Assembly: GCA_964291405.2 (NCBI GenBank)
Contig: OZ219926.1
Span: forward strand, 1,664,001-1,728,000
Direction: 5' to 3'
Source of the DNA: Thermodesulfobacteriota bacterium
Lineage (GTDB): Bacteria; Desulfobacterota; Binatia; Bin18
DNA length: 64,000 nt
The notes under the pieces are model-generated. The model was given only the letters and a program-made list of their open reading frames with translations, ran no database searches and was not told where the DNA came from. Within the stretch, counting starts at the first letter, position 1. Each line of letters starts with the position of its first letter. This document shows, piece by piece, positions 13,232-24,189 of the stretch. The translations under genes and the position numbers were made by a program.

Positions 13232-13280
13232 GCGCCCAGCCGTTTAGGGTACGGGCAGCATCACGCCAAGGAGAAAAACT

Positions 13281-14468
13281 ATGACGGGGAAAGAGTATTT
13301 ATTCACGTCCGAATCGGTGTCAGAGGGTCACCCGGACAAAATGTGTGATCAGATCTCGGACGGCATCCTGGACGCCTTACTCGAACAAGACCCGGAGAGT
13401 CGTGTGGCGTGCGAAACGCTGGTCAAAACCGGTATGATCGTTGTGGCGGGTGAAGTCACGACCAAAGCCCAGACCAGCTATCATTTTGTCATGGATGTCG
13501 CCCGCCAGATCGTGCGTGACATCGGCTTCACCGACTCTTCCCTCGGTTTTGACGCCGACACCTGCTCCGTGTTGACCGCGCTCAGCCAGCAGTCTGAGGA
13601 CATTGATCAGGGGGTATCCGAGGGGAAAGGTCTCCACAAGGAACAGGGCGCGGGCGATCAGGGTATGATGTTCGGCTTTGCCTGTGACGAAACCAAAGAC
13701 TATATGCCGTTTCCCATTTATACGGCCCACCGTCTGGTCCAGGAAATGGCTGAAATACGGAAAAGAGGCGAGTTGCCTTTCCTGCGGCCGGACAGCAAGT
13801 CGCAGGTGACGGTGGAATACCAAGATGGCAAACCGGTTCGCGCCGATACGGTCCTGATCTCAACCCAGCACGATCCTGACGCGGCCTATGACACGATCAG
13901 AGAGGCCATTGTTGAAGAAGTCGTGAAACGCGTCATTCCACCGGAGTTTTTGGATCAGAAGACAACGTTTCTGGTGAATCCGACTGGGCGTTTTGTCAAC
14001 GGCGGCCCGTACGCAGACTGCGGCCTCACCGGACGGAAAATTATCGTCGACACCTATGGCGGCTACGGCCGACATGGCGGTGGCGCGTTTTCGGGCAAAG
14101 ACCCCAGCAAGGTAGACCGCTCAGCCGCCTATATGGCGCGCTATATTGCCAAGAATCTTGTGGCCGCGGGTTTGGCCACACGCTGCGAAGTACAACTCGC
14201 CTATGCGATCGGCGTGGCAGAACCGGTTGGCGTCTATGTTGATACCTTCGGCACGGGTGTCTTACCGGAGGAACGCATATCCGCAATCGTCCGTCAGGAG
14301 TTCGATCTTCGACCCGCTGCCATTATTCAGACACTCGATTTGAAACGTCCTATTTATCGGGAGACTGCGGCCTATGGCCATTTCGGCCGGCCAGCAGAGA
14401 ACGGCTTCTTCCCCTGGGAGCGGATTGACCGTGTCGAGACCCTCAAGCGTGCAGCGACAACCGCATAG
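13281..14468 (+). CDS. metK: S-adenosylmethionine synthetase
   Basis: [49 protein letters not shown]. Confidence 0.99.
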   Translation: MTGKEYLFTSESVSEGHPDKMCDQISDGILDALLEQDPESRVACETLVKTGMIVVAGEVTTKAQTSYHFVMDVARQIVRDIGFTDSSLGFDADTCSVLTALSQQSEDIDQGVSEGKGLHKEQGAGDQGMMFGFACDETKDYMPFPIYTAHRLVQEMAEIRKRGELPFLRPDSKSQVTVEYQDGKPVRADTVLISTQHDPDAAYDTIREAIVEEVVKRVIPPEFLDQKTTFLVNPTGRFVNGGPYADCGLTGRKIIVDTYGGYGRHGGGAFSGKDPSKVDRSAAYMARYIAKNLVAAGLATRCEVQLAYAIGVAEPVGVYVDTFGTGVLPEERISAIVRQEFDLRPAAIIQTLDLKRPIYRETAAYGHFGRPAENGFFPWERIDRVETLKRAATTA

Positions 14469-14474
14469 CCATAA

Positions 14475-15773
<1,299 letters not shown>

Positions 15774-15782
15774 GTTCTACCC

Positions 15783-16961
15783 ATGGTCGGTGGGGTGTTT
15801 CGGTGGATGCTGGGGGCGGTGCTTCTTACGAGCGTAGCCCCCTTCGCCTTTGCCCTCTCCCCGCCCCGTCCCGCTCTCGAAGAAATACGGCATACCTCAG
15901 TCCCGGATTACACCCGGGTCATTATTACCCTCTCGGACCGAGCAGACTATAACCACTTCCGGGTTGCGGCCAACCAAGCGCATGACCGACCGCCCCGTAT
16001 TGTCATCGATTTCTCCTCAACGCGTATTGCTCCTCGCCTGCGGGCGCCCATTCCCGTGGATGACGGCCTGCTCAAACGTATCCGGACGGGTCAGTTCTCG
16101 CCAACCACCGCCCGGGTCGTGCTCGATTTGGAACAGATTGAGAGCTATACCGCTTTTCCGCTCTACTCTCCGTATCGACTCATTATTGATGTCAAAGGGA
16201 AGAGCAAGAAAGCACCACCGCACCAACAGGCCAGACAATCACGAGCGCCCCCAACCCCTCAATACCGAATTATGATTGACCCTGGGCACGGTGGCCGCGA
16301 CCCAGGCGCGGTCGGTGTTAACGGTCTCAAGGAAAAAACCGTGGTTCTTGCCATCAGCAAAAAGCTGGGTAAAAAGCTGGAGTCCCGTCTTCCGGTTAAA
16401 GTATTCTATACGCGAGAGAAGGATGTCTTTGTTCCGCTGCCGGAACGCACCGCCCAAGCCAATGCGGTAAAGGCCGACCTTTTTCTTTCGATCCATGCCA
16501 ATGCAAGTGAAAATCCTCGTCTCCAAGGAGTGGAGACCTATCATCTGAATAACACCGATGATCGTGCCACTATCCGGTTGGCCAACTTTGAAAATGGCCT
16601 GCAACACCTGCGACAACCGCCGCAGGTAGGAAGCGAATTATCCGAGATTGTGAGTGATATGATCCATAATGACAAATTAGAGGGGTCGGTTATCCTTGCC
16701 CATGTCCTTCAGTCCTCTATGATGACCCAGGTTACCAAACGTCATACACGGGCACGTAACCTTGGGGTAAAAAAAGGACCGTTCTACGTGCTCGTTGGAG
16801 CGGAGATGCCGTGTGTACTCGCCGAAGTGTCATTTCTGACGCACCGCGTCCAGGGTCGGCTGTTGCGCTCCTCGGACTATCGGGAAGCCATAGCGGAAGG
16901 ACTTTTTCAAGGGATTGCCCGATTTATCAAAGAAGAGTTACCACGTATGGAAAGCCTATGA
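15783..16961 (+). CDS. amiC: N-acetylmuramoyl-L-alanine amidase (AMIN + Amidase_3)
   Basis: Signal peptide, AMIN domain (RIRTGQF...ARVVLDL), IDPGHGGRDPGA, EK, SIHANA, LAEVSF. Confidence 0.9.
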   Translation: MVGGVFRWMLGAVLLTSVAPFAFALSPPRPALEEIRHTSVPDYTRVIITLSDRADYNHFRVAANQAHDRPPRIVIDFSSTRIAPRLRAPIPVDDGLLKRIRTGQFSPTTARVVLDLEQIESYTAFPLYSPYRLIIDVKGKSKKAPPHQQARQSRAPPTPQYRIMIDPGHGGRDPGAVGVNGLKEKTVVLAISKKLGKKLESRLPVKVFYTREKDVFVPLPERTAQANAVKADLFLSIHANASENPRLQGVETYHLNNTDDRATIRLANFENGLQHLRQPPQVGSELSEIVSDMIHNDKLEGSVILAHVLQSSMMTQVTKRHTRARNLGVKKGPFYVLVGAEMPCVLAEVSFLTHRVQGRLLRSSDYREAIAEGLFQGIARFIKEELPRMESL

Positions 16962-16990
16962 ATCCGCCTCGTCAAGAAAGATAGCGTATA

Positions 16991-19699
16991 ATGGATACCG
17001 ATCAGCAATACCCGCCCCCTGGTCTCATTGAGCTACCGCCCCTCCCTTCGTCAGACCCGGATGTGGAACTTGATCCCGATTGGAACCTCAGTCGGATTGC
17101 CAGCACCTATCGCACCCAGGTCCACGAGTTGCTGATACAGCATCAGGCGGAGAGCCAGAGTGGACGCTCCGTGGTCGAGTTCCACACCGCCCTGATCGAT
17201 CAGTTCGTGCGGTATGTCTTTACTGCCGCGACCCGTCTCTACACGCGTCGCTATACCAGCCTCAGCCAACGCTGTAGTCTGTTTGCCCTGGGTGGCTATG
17301 GTCGAGGCGAGTTGAATCCGCATTCTGACATTGATTTGCTTTTTCTCTACCACTGGAAAATCACCCCCTATGCCGAGACGGTGTGGGAAACTCTGTATTA
17401 CAGTCTGATGGACGCAGGCTGGACGGTCGGCCACGCGGTCCGCAATATTCGGGAATGCCTCCGGCATGCGAGTCGGGATCTCGAAATTAAAACCTCCCTG
17501 CTCGATAGTCGCTATCTGTGTGGGGAAGAGTCCCTAGCCCGTGAGTTTCAGACCGCCATGAACCGAGACCTGGTGGAGAAGAGGACTGAACAGTTTTTTC
17601 AGGCAAAGGCCGAAGAGAGCCACGTCCGCCACCAGCGCCACGGCAATTCGCTCTATCTGCTCGAACCAAACCTGAAAGAGGGCTGTGGCGGGTTGCGCGA
17701 TTTGCATACCGCCTGGTGGTTGGCCAAAGTGAAATTCAAGCTCACCAACTGGCGCGAGCTCATCGTCAAAGGCGTTGTCTCGGAATCGACCCTGGCCGCG
17801 GTAGAAGCAGCCCAGGATTTCTTGTGGCGGGTGCGGAACGGACTCCATCTTCTTGAGCGAACAGAGCAGGACAAGTTGACCTTTGAGCATCAAGATCAGC
17901 TCGCCCCGGCGTGCGGTTTTTCGGACACCACCCAGTTCATGCGGACCTACTACCAACACGTCACAACCATTCACGATTTTACCCGGTTCATGTTTGAGCG
18001 CTGTGTCACACCGTCGCGACTCTTCAACTTCTTGGGTCGTCCGCGGGGTCGGGACATCCGTGAGGGAATCCGTATTGTTGACCAGACCCTGCATGTGACT
18101 AAGCCCGAAATGCTCACCCAGGAGCCGCTCAATCTCGTGACGCTCTTCCATGACGCTCAACGTCACGGAGTCACGTGTACCCGTGAAACCAAGCAGGTGA
18201 TTCGTCAGGCGCTGACCAAGCTCCCACCGGAATCGGCCAGTCACCCCGATGTGCGGGATGCCTTTCTCACCATCTTATCCTGGAAGCAGCGGGTTGCCCC
18301 AACCCTGCACGCGATGCACGAAGTCGGCCTGCTCGAATGGCTGTTACCCGAGTTTGGTCATTTACGCTGGCGAACGCAGCGCGACCTGTACCATATCTAT
18401 GCCATCGACGAGCATACACTGCACGGCGTGGCAGAACTCGAACGCTTGCGCGACGGCGAATATAAAGAAAGTCTGCCGCTCCTGACCCAGGTCATGCGTG
18501 AGATTGACCGGGTAGACCTCTTATTCTTGTCAATGCTCTTCCATGATGTGGGTAAGGGATTCGGCGTTGAGCACTCCGCCCGGAGTGCCGAGATGGTGGA
18601 CGCGGCCGCCAGACGCTGGCAACTGCCGCCAGATGAGGCGCATGAGTGGCAGGTCCTCGTCCGCCAGCATCTCTTTATGTCTCATATTGCCCAGCGGCGC
18701 GATCTTTCAGACGACGCGCAAATTGCCGATTTCGCCCGGACGGTAGAGAATCCCGGGTGCCTGAAGAGGCTCTATCTGCTGACGTTCGCCGATATGAAGG
18801 CCGTTGGCCCCAAGGTCTGGAATAGCTGGAAGGGGGGACTCCTCAATGAACTCTATCTACGCACCTTGGAGCGATTGGAAACGGGAGCGCTTGTTGAGGA
18901 GGATCAAGACGCACGCCTCCAGCGCCGGAAAGATCGCATTCGACAGCGCCTAGCTGCAGAAGCAGTGGTCGATCAGCTCTCCCAGTTCCTGACTGCAATG
19001 CCGGATAGTTATTTCCTGACGACCCCGGAGGATGCGGTTCCAGAGCATTTTCAACTCATGAGCCGTTTTGTCCAGGCAGAGGCTGAAGCTCCCTACCGCG
19101 CCAGCCTGCACCACTTTCCAGAGCAGGAATATAGTGAATTCACCCTGGTCACCCGTGATCGCCCAGGGCTCTTTTCCATGCTCGCTGGTGTTCTCACCGT
19201 CAGCAGCCTCAGTATCTCCGGAGCGCGTATTGCCACCAGCCAGCAAGGTATTGCTTTAGATGTCTTTCGGCTGTCGCACCTGGACCGCCAAGACATGCTG
19301 CTCTCGGAAGATACCTGGGCCCGATTTTATACGCGGCTGAACGCCGTCTTATACGGTGAGCGAACAGTTGAGGACCTGCTTCAGGCGGCCAGGCCACCGG
19401 CGTTTCTGCAACGCTCCCGCCCGCGCCTGCGGACCGAGATTACGATTGATAACACCACGTCGCCAACCTACACCCTGGTCGATGTCACAGCGCTTGACCG
19501 GATTGGACTCTTATTCGAGGTGACCCACGCCTTGTTCCAACTCGACCTTGTGATCCACCTAGCGAAGATCACAACCAATGTCGATCAGGTTCTTGATGTA
19601 TTCTACGTGACTGATGGGACAGGCGCGAAAGTTGGGAATCCCGATCAGGTGCTGGCAGAGCTGCAAGGTCGGCTGCGTAGCCATGAGGAAGCGGCATGA
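16991..19699 (+). CDS. glnD: [protein-PII] uridylyltransferase/uridylyl-removing enzyme
   Basis: GGYGRGELNPHSDIDL, EPNLKEGCGGLRD, HD domain (DEHT...FHDVGKG), two ACT domains (DRPGLF, DRIGLL). Confidence 0.97.
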   Translation: MDTDQQYPPPGLIELPPLPSSDPDVELDPDWNLSRIASTYRTQVHELLIQHQAESQSGRSVVEFHTALIDQFVRYVFTAATRLYTRRYTSLSQRCSLFALGGYGRGELNPHSDIDLLFLYHWKITPYAETVWETLYYSLMDAGWTVGHAVRNIRECLRHASRDLEIKTSLLDSRYLCGEESLAREFQTAMNRDLVEKRTEQFFQAKAEESHVRHQRHGNSLYLLEPNLKEGCGGLRDLHTAWWLAKVKFKLTNWRELIVKGVVSESTLAAVEAAQDFLWRVRNGLHLLERTEQDKLTFEHQDQLAPACGFSDTTQFMRTYYQHVTTIHDFTRFMFERCVTPSRLFNFLGRPRGRDIREGIRIVDQTLHVTKPEMLTQEPLNLVTLFHDAQRHGVTCTRETKQVIRQALTKLPPESASHPDVRDAFLTILSWKQRVAPTLHAMHEVGLLEWLLPEFGHLRWRTQRDLYHIYAIDEHTLHGVAELERLRDGEYKESLPLLTQVMREIDRVDLLFLSMLFHDVGKGFGVEHSARSAEMVDAAARRWQLPPDEAHEWQVLVRQHLFMSHIAQRRDLSDDAQIADFARTVENPGCLKRLYLLTFADMKAVGPKVWNSWKGGLLNELYLRTLERLETGALVEEDQDARLQRRKDRIRQRLAAEAVVDQLSQFLTAMPDSYFLTTPEDAVPEHFQLMSRFVQAEAEAPYRASLHHFPEQEYSEFTLVTRDRPGLFSMLAGVLTVSSLSISGARIATSQQGIALDVFRLSHLDRQDMLLSEDTWARFYTRLNAVLYGERTVEDLLQAARPPAFLQRSRPRLRTEITIDNTTSPTYTLVDVTALDRIGLLFEVTHALFQLDLVIHLAKITTNVDQVLDVFYVTDGTGAKVGNPDQVLAELQGRLRSHEEAA

Positions 19700-20643
19700 C
19701 TCAGCCTGCCGTTGCTCGCCAGGCCTCCCCCTCTCACCAAAATAGTGCCCAGAGTGACGCCCTGCTTGACACCTTTCTGGGGCATCTCACCGTAGAAAAG
19801 GGCTTAACGCCGCGCACGGTAGAGGTCTACAGTCGGGACCTCCACCGGTTCTGCGCCTATTTATCGACCCAAGATATTGCGGACGTCAGACAGGCCGGTT
19901 CGCGCCATATCGTTGGCTTTCTCAGCGCCCTGCACGATCAGGGAGTGTCAACCCGTACCCAATCCCGAGTCTTAACCGCACTACGCGGCTTGTACCGCTT
20001 CCTCCAACGAGAAAACGAACTGCCCGGGAAGAATCCAACCGCCCTGCTCCATCTGCCCAAGTTTGGTCGCGCCCTGCCACACGTCCCTTCCCAGCAACAG
20101 GTAGACACGCTCATATCGGTGCCAGATGCAGCGACCCCGCTCGGCATGCGGAACCAGACCATGCTCGAAGTGTTATACGCGACAGGCCTGCGCGTCTCCG
20201 AACTGGTTCAGCTGACAGTCTCTCAGGTCAACCGGGAAGCGGGATTCGTCCGGGTGCGGGGCAAGGGCAATAGAGAACGCCTCGTCCCCCTGGGGACTCG
20301 GGCGCTCTCGCAGCTCCAGCGCTATCTCGACACCGTTCGCCCGGTTCTGCTGAAGCAGCGCAGCAGCGACTATATCTTCCTGACTCGCTCCGGGAAGCCG
20401 CTGACCCGTCAAGCATTCTGGGCGATGATCAAAGGTTATACCAAGCACAATCCTGAAAGCGGCCCCGTCTATCCCCACTCCCTGCGACACGCCTTTGCAA
20501 CGCATCTCCTGGAGGGTGGAGCGGACCTACGAGCGGTCCAGTCCATGCTGGGGCACGTCGATATCGCCACAACGCAAATCTACACCCACCTGGCGAGCGC
20601 CCGCTTACGCGAGGTACACCGAAAGTATCATCCGCGCGGCTGA
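19696..20643 (+). CDS. xerD: site-specific tyrosine recombinase XerD
   Basis: LYATGLRVSEL, GKGNRERLVP, TRQAFW, PHSLRHAFATHLL, LGHVDIATTQIYTH, YHPRG end. Confidence 0.95.
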   Translation: MTQPAVARQASPSHQNSAQSDALLDTFLGHLTVEKGLTPRTVEVYSRDLHRFCAYLSTQDIADVRQAGSRHIVGFLSALHDQGVSTRTQSRVLTALRGLYRFLQRENELPGKNPTALLHLPKFGRALPHVPSQQQVDTLISVPDAATPLGMRNQTMLEVLYATGLRVSELVQLTVSQVNREAGFVRVRGKGNRERLVPLGTRALSQLQRYLDTVRPVLLKQRSSDYIFLTRSGKPLTRQAFWAMIKGYTKHNPESGPVYPHSLRHAFATHLLEGGADLRAVQSMLGHVDIATTQIYTHLASARLREVHRKYHPRG

Positions 20644-20669
20644 GGGCTCAGGCCCTGAACGGACGAGAT

Positions 20670-20697
20670 AAAAAAGGGCTGCCCGCTTCTTCAGCCC
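20670..20697 (-). terminator. intrinsic terminator after the Zn-ADH gene
   Basis: Minus strand GGGCTG-N10-CAGCCC followed by T6. Confidence 0.6.
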
Positions 20698-20702
20698 ATC
20701 TT

Positions 20703-21797
20703 TTACATCACGACCACACTCCGGGCGACTTCGCCTTTCTCCAGCGCGGTCATGGCATCGTTCACTTCGTCCAGAGAGTAGGTGCGGGTAACCAGCTCAT
20801 CGAGTTTGAGCTTGTTGTTCATATACAGCTCAATCAAGCGCGGCATATCGACGTGCGGACGGGAGGAGCCGTAGACCGAACCCTGGATCTTTTTCTCGTT
20901 GAGCAGACTGAACGCGGGGATCGTCACCGTCTCTTCACGCGCCGGGGCACCAACAACAATCGTACTGCCACCCTGTCGGGTACAGGCATAGGCTTGTTCA
21001 ATAGTTTTGCCCAGGCCGATCACTTCAAAAGCGTAATCCGAGCCGCGCCCGTCAGTCAGACCCCGCACGGTCTTGGTCAGATCGTCTTGGGACGGATTCA
21101 CGGTGTGGGTCGCGCCAAACTCTTTGGCGTACTCAAGCTTATTGTCCATCAGGTCAACCGCGATAATAATGCTCGCGCCAGCCAGCGCACAGCCTTGAAT
21201 CACGTTTAACCCCACCCCTCCACAGCCGATGACCACGGCGCTCGTGCCGGGCCTGACCGCGGCGGTATTGATGGCGGCCCCGACCCCGGTCATGACGCCG
21301 CAGCCGACCAAACAGGCTTTGTCGAGCGGCACATTATCCGGGATTTTGACACAGGCGATTTCGGGCACCACCGCGTATTCCGCATAGCTCGATAGGCCGG
21401 CGGCATGATGAATCTTCTGTCCATTTTTACTCAGCCGACAGGTACCATCAAGGAGGGCGCCTTTACCCATAATCGTCCGCATATTCACGCACAGGACCGG
21501 GCTGCCCTGCGCGCAGTAGTAGCAGTGGCCGCAGTAGGGAGCGAAAGACAGAACTACATGGTCACCGGGCTTGACCATCGTTACGTCCGGCCCAACTTCT
21601 TCGACAACGCCAGCACCTTCATGCCCAGGCACGACGGGCAGCGGGGAGCGAAGTACGCCATGGATCATGGAATAGTCGCTATGGCAGACGCCATTAGCGG
21701 TAATTTTGACGCGGACTTCTTTTGATTTGGGATTGTCGAGGTCAACTTCTTCTACCTGGAGTGGGGTACTGAGTTCGTATAGGACTGCGGCTTTCAT
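20703..21797 (-). CDS. Zn-dependent alcohol dehydrogenase (class III-like MDR)
   Basis: GVCHSD, GHEGAG, CGHCYYC..C, LVGCGVMTG, GCGGVG. Confidence 0.93.
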   Translation of the reverse strand: MKAAVLYELSTPLQVEEVDLDNPKSKEVRVKITANGVCHSDYSMIHGVLRSPLPVVPGHEGAGVVEEVGPDVTMVKPGDHVVLSFAPYCGHCYYCAQGSPVLCVNMRTIMGKGALLDGTCRLSKNGQKIHHAAGLSSYAEYAVVPEIACVKIPDNVPLDKACLVGCGVMTGVGAAINTAAVRPGTSAVVIGCGGVGLNVIQGCALAGASIIIAVDLMDNKLEYAKEFGATHTVNPSQDDLTKTVRGLTDGRGSDYAFEVIGLGKTIEQAYACTRQGGSTIVVGAPAREETVTIPAFSLLNEKKIQGSVYGSSRPHVDMPRLIELYMNNKLKLDELVTRTYSLDEVNDAMTALEKGEVARSVVVM

Positions 21798-21808
21798 AAC
21801 TTCCTCCT

Positions 21809-22813
21809 TTATGCGCTGGGTCCGGATTCCTCTCGAAGCGCGGAGCTTTCCAGGATTTGATGTGACGCGGTATGGGGATCAAGCGTTCCGGCACCAACCG
21901 CGTCGAAATAGCGCGACAGCTCGGGATCGGTCTGGGCTCCAGCGGTCAAGCGTTTGCGGACTTCATATTCGACTCGGGTAATGAGTTCCTCGCGCCGACG
22001 CTCCGAGCGCCGGCGTGTCAGCTCTCCAGACGCAAGGGACGACTGATGATGATCCCGTATGGCTTGCAACAGCTCCGGCAGGCCCGTCCCGTTAATCGCC
22101 TGCGTCGCCAGCACGGGGATGCGCCAGGGCGACTGCGCCGACTCCTCCGCCGGCCGATTACTGTATTTCAGCTCCAGCATCAGGCTGAGTTCGGTCATCA
22201 TCCGCTGCGATCCGTCTCGGTCCGCCTTATTGACGACGAAGATATCCGCAATCTCCATCAACCCGGCTTTCATGACTTGAACACCGTCACCGGCTTCCGG
22301 CACAAGCGTCACCAGCACGGTATCGGTCGTGCCCATGACGTCCAATTCCGTCTGCCCAACGCCGACCGTCTCAACCAGAATATAGTCCAGGCTGGCCGCA
22401 TCCATCAGCTTAATGACGTCTTTGGTCGCGCGGGACAGCCCGCCGTGACTCCCGCGCGTCGCCATGCTCCGAATGAAGACACCGCTGTCAAGATAATGTT
22501 TCGTCATCCGAATCCGGTCGCCTAGCAGCGCACCGCCGGTAAAGGGGCTCGACGGGTCAATGGCAACAATCCCGACCGTTTCTCCGGCCTGACGCATCAG
22601 TGTCGTTAGCCCGTCTACCAGACTCGACTTGCCGGCACCCGGAGGGCCGGTAACACCTATCGTACAGGCGTGCCCTTGCCTGGGCCCGATGGCCTCCAGA
22701 ATACGGCCCAGCCGTTCATCTTCGCGTTCCACCAGCGTCATCAGACGAGCCAGCGCGCGGCTATCTCCGGACGACAGTCTTTCGAGTAGTTGGTCCAGTG
22801 TGTGTTTTGCCAT
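21809..22813 (-). CDS. meaB: MeaB/ArgK/MMAA GTPase (cobalamin-mutase chaperone)
   Basis: GVTGPPGAGKS, DPSSPFTGGALLGDRIRM, RSMATRG, ETVGVGQ, KAGLMEIAD, NKAD. Confidence 0.95.
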   Translation of the reverse strand: MAKHTLDQLLERLSSGDSRALARLMTLVEREDERLGRILEAIGPRQGHACTIGVTGPPGAGKSSLVDGLTTLMRQAGETVGIVAIDPSSPFTGGALLGDRIRMTKHYLDSGVFIRSMATRGSHGGLSRATKDVIKLMDAASLDYILVETVGVGQTELDVMGTTDTVLVTLVPEAGDGVQVMKAGLMEIADIFVVNKADRDGSQRMMTELSLMLELKYSNRPAEESAQSPWRIPVLATQAINGTGLPELLQAIRDHHQSSLASGELTRRRSERRREELITRVEYEVRKRLTAGAQTDPELSRYFDAVGAGTLDPHTASHQILESSALREESGPSA

Positions 22814-22928
22814 GGGTGCGCTTCTTTCTCCTTGAGCGGTCTATATACCGGAAGCTGCTGGTAAAGTCAGTGGAGCTTGGTATGCTGTGAAAGGAAAAAT
22901 ACACAGACTGCGCAGCGCGGAGGAAAGC

Positions 22929-23705
22929 ATGGAATGGGACACTCTCTATATTGAAAAAAAGGAGACGGTGGCCTTTCTGACCCTGGATCGTTCAGCGTCC
23001 TTAAATGCGGTGAACGACCAACTCACGGCTGACCTCGAAGCGGCATGTCGAGCGCTCGACACGGATGCCGACCTCCAAGTGGTCGTGCTGAGAGGTGAAG
23101 GCCGCGCCTTTTGCTCCGGCATGGACCTCAAGGCGGCCGCCATGCGCCCCTCAACGAACGCGGCCATTGATGAGGTGTGGGCTCCGTGGCAACGCGCACT
23201 GGATACCCTGGAGCACCTCAACGCTCTTACAATTGCTTCCATTCACGGCGCCTGTCTTGGAGCTGGTTGCGAGTTGGTCTTGGCCTGCGACTTTCGGATT
23301 GCGGCCAATACCGCCTTCTTCTCCCTACCCCAAGTGCTCTATGGCTCGCCGCCCGATGCCAGCCAGAGCTATAAAATCGCGCAGCTCATTGGTCTCGCCA
23401 AAGCCAAAGAAATCCTCATTCTCGGGGAACGCTTTGATGCCGCACAAGCCGAGCGTTGGGGACTGTTGACCAAAGTCGTTGAAGCCGGGAATCTCAAAGA
23501 AGAGACCGAACAACTCGTCGCCCGTTGCCAAAAGGTTGGCAGTCGAGCCGCGACCGTCGCCAAGCATCTGCTGCATCAGTCCTGGACGATGGGCCAGGAG
23601 ACTTGGTCGTCGGAAATATCCCGTGCCCGTGCGACCGCGCTTGAGACCAAGGACTTTGCCGAGGCCATGCGTATCTACCGCGAGCAGCGCAAGCCGCAGG
23701 TGTAG
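22929..23705 (+). CDS. crotonase/enoyl-CoA hydratase-isomerase family protein
   Basis: AFCSGMDL, IHGACLGAGCELVLACDFR. Confidence 0.9.
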   Translation: MEWDTLYIEKKETVAFLTLDRSASLNAVNDQLTADLEAACRALDTDADLQVVVLRGEGRAFCSGMDLKAAAMRPSTNAAIDEVWAPWQRALDTLEHLNALTIASIHGACLGAGCELVLACDFRIAANTAFFSLPQVLYGSPPDASQSYKIAQLIGLAKAKEILILGERFDAAQAERWGLLTKVVEAGNLKEETEQLVARCQKVGSRAATVAKHLLHQSWTMGQETWSSEISRARATALETKDFAEAMRIYREQRKPQV

Positions 23706-23706
23706 A

Positions 23707-23760
23707 GGGAATTGGGGATTCGGGGTTAGGGTTCACTTCCTAGTCCCTAACCCCCAACCT
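23707..23760. repeat. G-tract inverted repeat between convergent genes
   Basis: GGGGTTAGGG (23722-23731) and CCCTAACCCC (23745-23754) form a perfect 10-bp IR, with further GGG/GGGG tracts upstream. Confidence 0.65.
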
Positions 23761-23772
23761 CATGCTCCTTGC

Positions 23773-24189
23773 CTACTCCTTGCCGCTCAGCGCCTGACTG
23801 AGCGCGGTGCGATAGGGATGGGTATCCATGTAGATACGCAACACCTTAAACTTGCCGTTCTCAAACGTCCAGAAGTTCAGATTGTCCATCACCAACGGCT
23901 TGCCGTCCGTCGTCTTGCCTTCGAGATGGAGCGGCGCGATCAGTTTATTGCCTTCGATAATGATGTCCGTAGCCGTGGCAGTATAATCAACCAAGCTGGT
24001 CGTCAGTTTTTCGTAGAACACGCGCAGGGCCGCTTTGCCCTGAATCCCGGCGGCACCGGTGACAGGGTTGATGAGTTTGGCATCGTCGGCAAACAGTTCG
24101 AGAATGCCGTCCACATCGCCGTTCGTCACGCGCTCAAAATACGTATGAGCGGCGCTCTCCATCTGCTGTTCAGTCTGCCCGCGCGCCAT
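23773..24189 (-). CDS. NTF2/SnoaL-like fold protein
   Basis: YF...GDVDGILELFADDA...IQGKAALRVFY...FENGKFKVLRIYMD. Confidence 0.88.
   Translation of the reverse strand: MARGQTEQQMESAAHTYFERVTNGDVDGILELFADDAKLINPVTGAAGIQGKAALRVFYEKLTTSLVDYTATATDIIIEGNKLIAPLHLEGKTTDGKPLVMDNLNFWTFENGKFKVLRIYMDTHPYRTALSQALSGKE

Noticed and set aside
13171-13280. SAM/SAH riboswitch upstream of metK-ahcY
   Set aside because: No recognisable SAM-I, SAM-II or SAH consensus, and the leader is very short; an Rfam scan would settle it.
19696-20643. Tyrosine recombinase as an island integrase
   Set aside because: It has XerD signatures and is coupled to glnD in a housekeeping operon, with no att site or tRNA nearby.
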